Positions 61,943-64,000 of a DNA stretch of 64,000 nucleotides are shown piece after piece. Where the stretch lies: assembly GCA_007694885.1 (NCBI GenBank), contig REEW01000075.1, positions 8,551-72,550 on the forward strand. The letters are read 5' to 3'. This DNA is from Wenzhouxiangella sp. Its GTDB lineage: Bacteria > Pseudomonadota > Gammaproteobacteria > Xanthomonadales > Wenzhouxiangellaceae. Position 1 is the first letter of the stretch; every line of letters begins with the position of its first letter. The notes below the pieces were generated by a model. It was not told the origin of the DNA, did not search any database, and worked only from the letters and a program-made list of their open reading frames with translations. The position numbers and the translations under genes are program-made.

Positions 61943-64000
61943 TCAGGCGGCTTTCTTCTTTGTGTCCAGGCGGGTCAGCAACTCGACCGCCAGGTCGTGG
62001 CGCGCCTGCGGGTCTTCGATTTCTCCCTTGATGCGCAGGCGTTCGTTGGCCGGCAGTTCGAAGGTGTGGGATTCTTTCTGGATCATGTGAATCAACTCGG
62101 CCATGTCGATGTTGGGCTTGCTGGTGAATTCCACCCGGCCGCCGGCCGGTCCGATCTCCAGGCGCTTGATGCCCAGGCGACGCGCACCGAGACGCAGTTC
62201 AGCGGCGGCAAACAGCTGCTTGGCCTCGATCGGCAGCAGGCCGAAGCGATCGATCATCTCGACCTGCAGGTTATGCAGCGCCCTGGAATCTCGGGCCTGG
62301 GTGATTCGCTTGTAGAGGACCAGGCGCTGGTGGACGTCGGGCAGATAGTCCGGCGGAATCATGGCCGTGACGTGCAAATCGACCTCGCTGGTCAAGGCGA
62401 GGGGCTCGTCCAGGTCCGGCTCCATCCCCGATTTCAGCGCCTCGACCGAGCGGTTGAGCAGGTCCGAGTACAGCGAGAAGCCGATCGCTTCGATCTGGCC
62501 GGATTGTTCTTCACCCAGCAGTTCGCCGGCGCCGCGGATTTCAAGGTCATGGTTGGCCAGGGTAAATCCGGCGCCGAGCTCTTCCATGGACTGGATCGCT
62601 TCGAGCCGCTTGAGCGCATCGCGCGTCATGGCCTGGCGGGGCGGGGTGAACAGGTAGGCGTAGGCGAGGTGATGCGAGCGCCCGACCCGGCCGCGCAGCT
62701 GGTGGAGCTGGGCCAGCCCGAACTTGTCGGCGCGGTTGATGATGATGGTGTTGGCGGTCGGCACGTCGATGCCGTTTTCGACGATGGTCGAGCACACCAG
62801 CAGGTTGATCCGGCGCGCATAGAAATCGCGCATGGTGCGCTCCATCTCACCGGGCGGCATCTGGCCATGGGCGGTCCCGATCCGCGCCTGGGGGAACAGT
62901 TCAGCCAGTTCGGCCGCCATCCTGGGCATGCTCTTGACCTCGTTGTGGAGGAAATAGACCTGTCCGCCGCGCTGGAATTCGCGCATGACGGCGTCGCGAA
63001 TGGTGGCGGTATCCCATTCGCTGACGAAGGTCTTGACGGCAAGTCGGCGGGCCGGGGGCGTGGCGATGATGGACAGCTCGCGCAGGCCGGCCATGGCCAT
63101 GTTGAGCGTGCGCGGGATCGGGGTGGCGGTCAGGGTCAGCAGGTCGACCTCGGCGCGCATCGCTTTCATGCGCTCTTTCTGGCGCACCCCGAAGCGCTGC
63201 TCTTCATCGACGATGACCAGGCCCAGATCCTTGATCTTGACGTCGCTTTGCAGCAGGCGGTGGGTGCCGATGACGATATCGATCGTGCCGTCGGCCAGGC
63301 CGGCCAGAATCGGCGGCGCCTTCTTGCCGGTGCGCGAGAGCAGCTCGATCTGGATCGGCCAGTCGGCGAAGCGATCGCGGAAGGTTCGATAATGTTGCTC
63401 GGCCAGGAGCGTGGTCGGGGCCAGCAGAATGACCTGGCGGCCGGACTCGGCAACGGCGAAGGCGGCGCGCAGCGCGACCTCGGTCTTGCCGAACCCGACA
63501 TCACCGCAGACCACACGATCCATGGGTTGATCGGAGGCCAGGTCGGCCAGCACCGCCTCGATGGTGGAGTGCTGATCGTCGGTTTCCTCGTATTGGAAGC
63601 CGGCGGCGAAGCGGGCATACAGCCCCCGATCCAGTCCGTAGGCGTGGCCGCATCGGGCCGCTCGCCGGGCCTGCAGATTCAGCAGTTCCGCGGCCACGTC
63701 GCGGACCTTCTCGGCTGCCTTGCGGCGGGTTTTCTTCCACTGGTCCGAACCGAGGCGGTGCAGGGTGACGGTGTCGGGGTCCGCGCCCGTGTAGCGACTG
63801 ACCAGATCCAGGTCGGTGACCGGAACATAGAGCTTGTCCCCGCCTTCGTATTCCAGGGCCAGGTACTCGCCGCGACCGTCGCCGACTTCGAGGACTTCCA
63901 GGCCCAGGTAGCGTCCAATGCCGTGTTCAAGGTGGACGACCAGGGCGCCGGCCTGCAGATCGGCCAGGCTCTTGATCATGCTTTCCGGATCCTGGCCGGT
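61943..64000 (-). CDS. mfd: Transcription-repair coupling factor (N-terminus beyond the window)
   Basis: VVHLEHGIGRY, GDVGFGKTE, DEEQRFG, TATPIPRTL, QLRGRVGR, DLEIRGAG; frame open to the window end. Confidence 0.96.
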   Translation of the reverse strand, partial: TGQDPESMIKSLADLQAGALVVHLEHGIGRYLGLEVLEVGDGRGEYLALEYEGGDKLYVPVTDLDLVSRYTGADPDTVTLHRLGSDQWKKTRRKAAEKVRDVAAELLNLQARRAARCGHAYGLDRGLYARFAAGFQYEETDDQHSTIEAVLADLASDQPMDRVVCGDVGFGKTEVALRAAFAVAESGRQVILLAPTTLLAEQHYRTFRDRFADWPIQIELLSRTGKKAPPILAGLADGTIDIVIGTHRLLQSDVKIKDLGLVIVDEEQRFGVRQKERMKAMRAEVDLLTLTATPIPRTLNMAMAGLRELSIIATPPARRLAVKTFVSEWDTATIRDAVMREFQRGGQVYFLHNEVKSMPRMAAELAELFPQARIGTAHGQMPPGEMERTMRDFYARRINLLVCSTIVENGIDVPTANTIIINRADKFGLAQLHQLRGRVGRSHHLAYAYLFTPPRQAMTRDALKRLEAIQSMEELGAGFTLANHDLEIRGAGELLGEEQSGQIEAIGFSLYSDLLNRSVEALKSGMEPDLDEPLALTSEVDLHVTAMIPPDYLPDVHQRLVLYKRITQARDSRALHNLQVEMIDRFGLLPIEAKQLFAAAELRLGARRLGIKRLEIGPAGGRVEFTSKPNIDMAELIHMIQKESHTFELPANERLRIKGEIEDPQARHDLAVELLTRLDTKKKAA

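Overview
GC-rich gammaproteobacterial chromosome segment. Gene order resembles Xanthomonadales/Chromatiales such as Wenzhouxiangella (an inference, not a database result). The flanks are housekeeping. Left flank: exbBD-msbA-lpxK-kdsB-ptp-uvrC-pgsA, fumC, greB, ibpA (sigma32 promoter and ROSE-like thermometer), aat, trxB, ald, ftsK, lolA. Right flank: tilS, accA, gluQ, htpX, a fimX-like gene, epmB/efp, mtaD-ubiG-gph, hslO, hinT, csiV, mfd. The centre (~20.5-43.8 kb) is a ~23 kb bacterial sphingolipid locus. It encodes serine palmitoyltransferase, ACP, ceramide reductase, acyl ligase, ceramide synthase, a ceramide-kinase-like protein, two nucleotidyltransferases, a desaturase, a 2OG oxygenase, an ABC flippase and LptF/G paralogs. 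An oppositely oriented five-gene cassette sits inside it: sulfotransferase, putative GT-B transferase, oxidoreductase, CMP-nonulosonate synthetase-HAD fusion and NeuB-cupin fusion. The main hypothesis is a pathway for sialylated (possibly KDN-type) and/or sulfated, ganglioside/sulfatide-like sphingolipids. No tRNA, rRNA, CRISPR array or transposase was recognised. All assignments come from motif recognition by eye; no searches were run.
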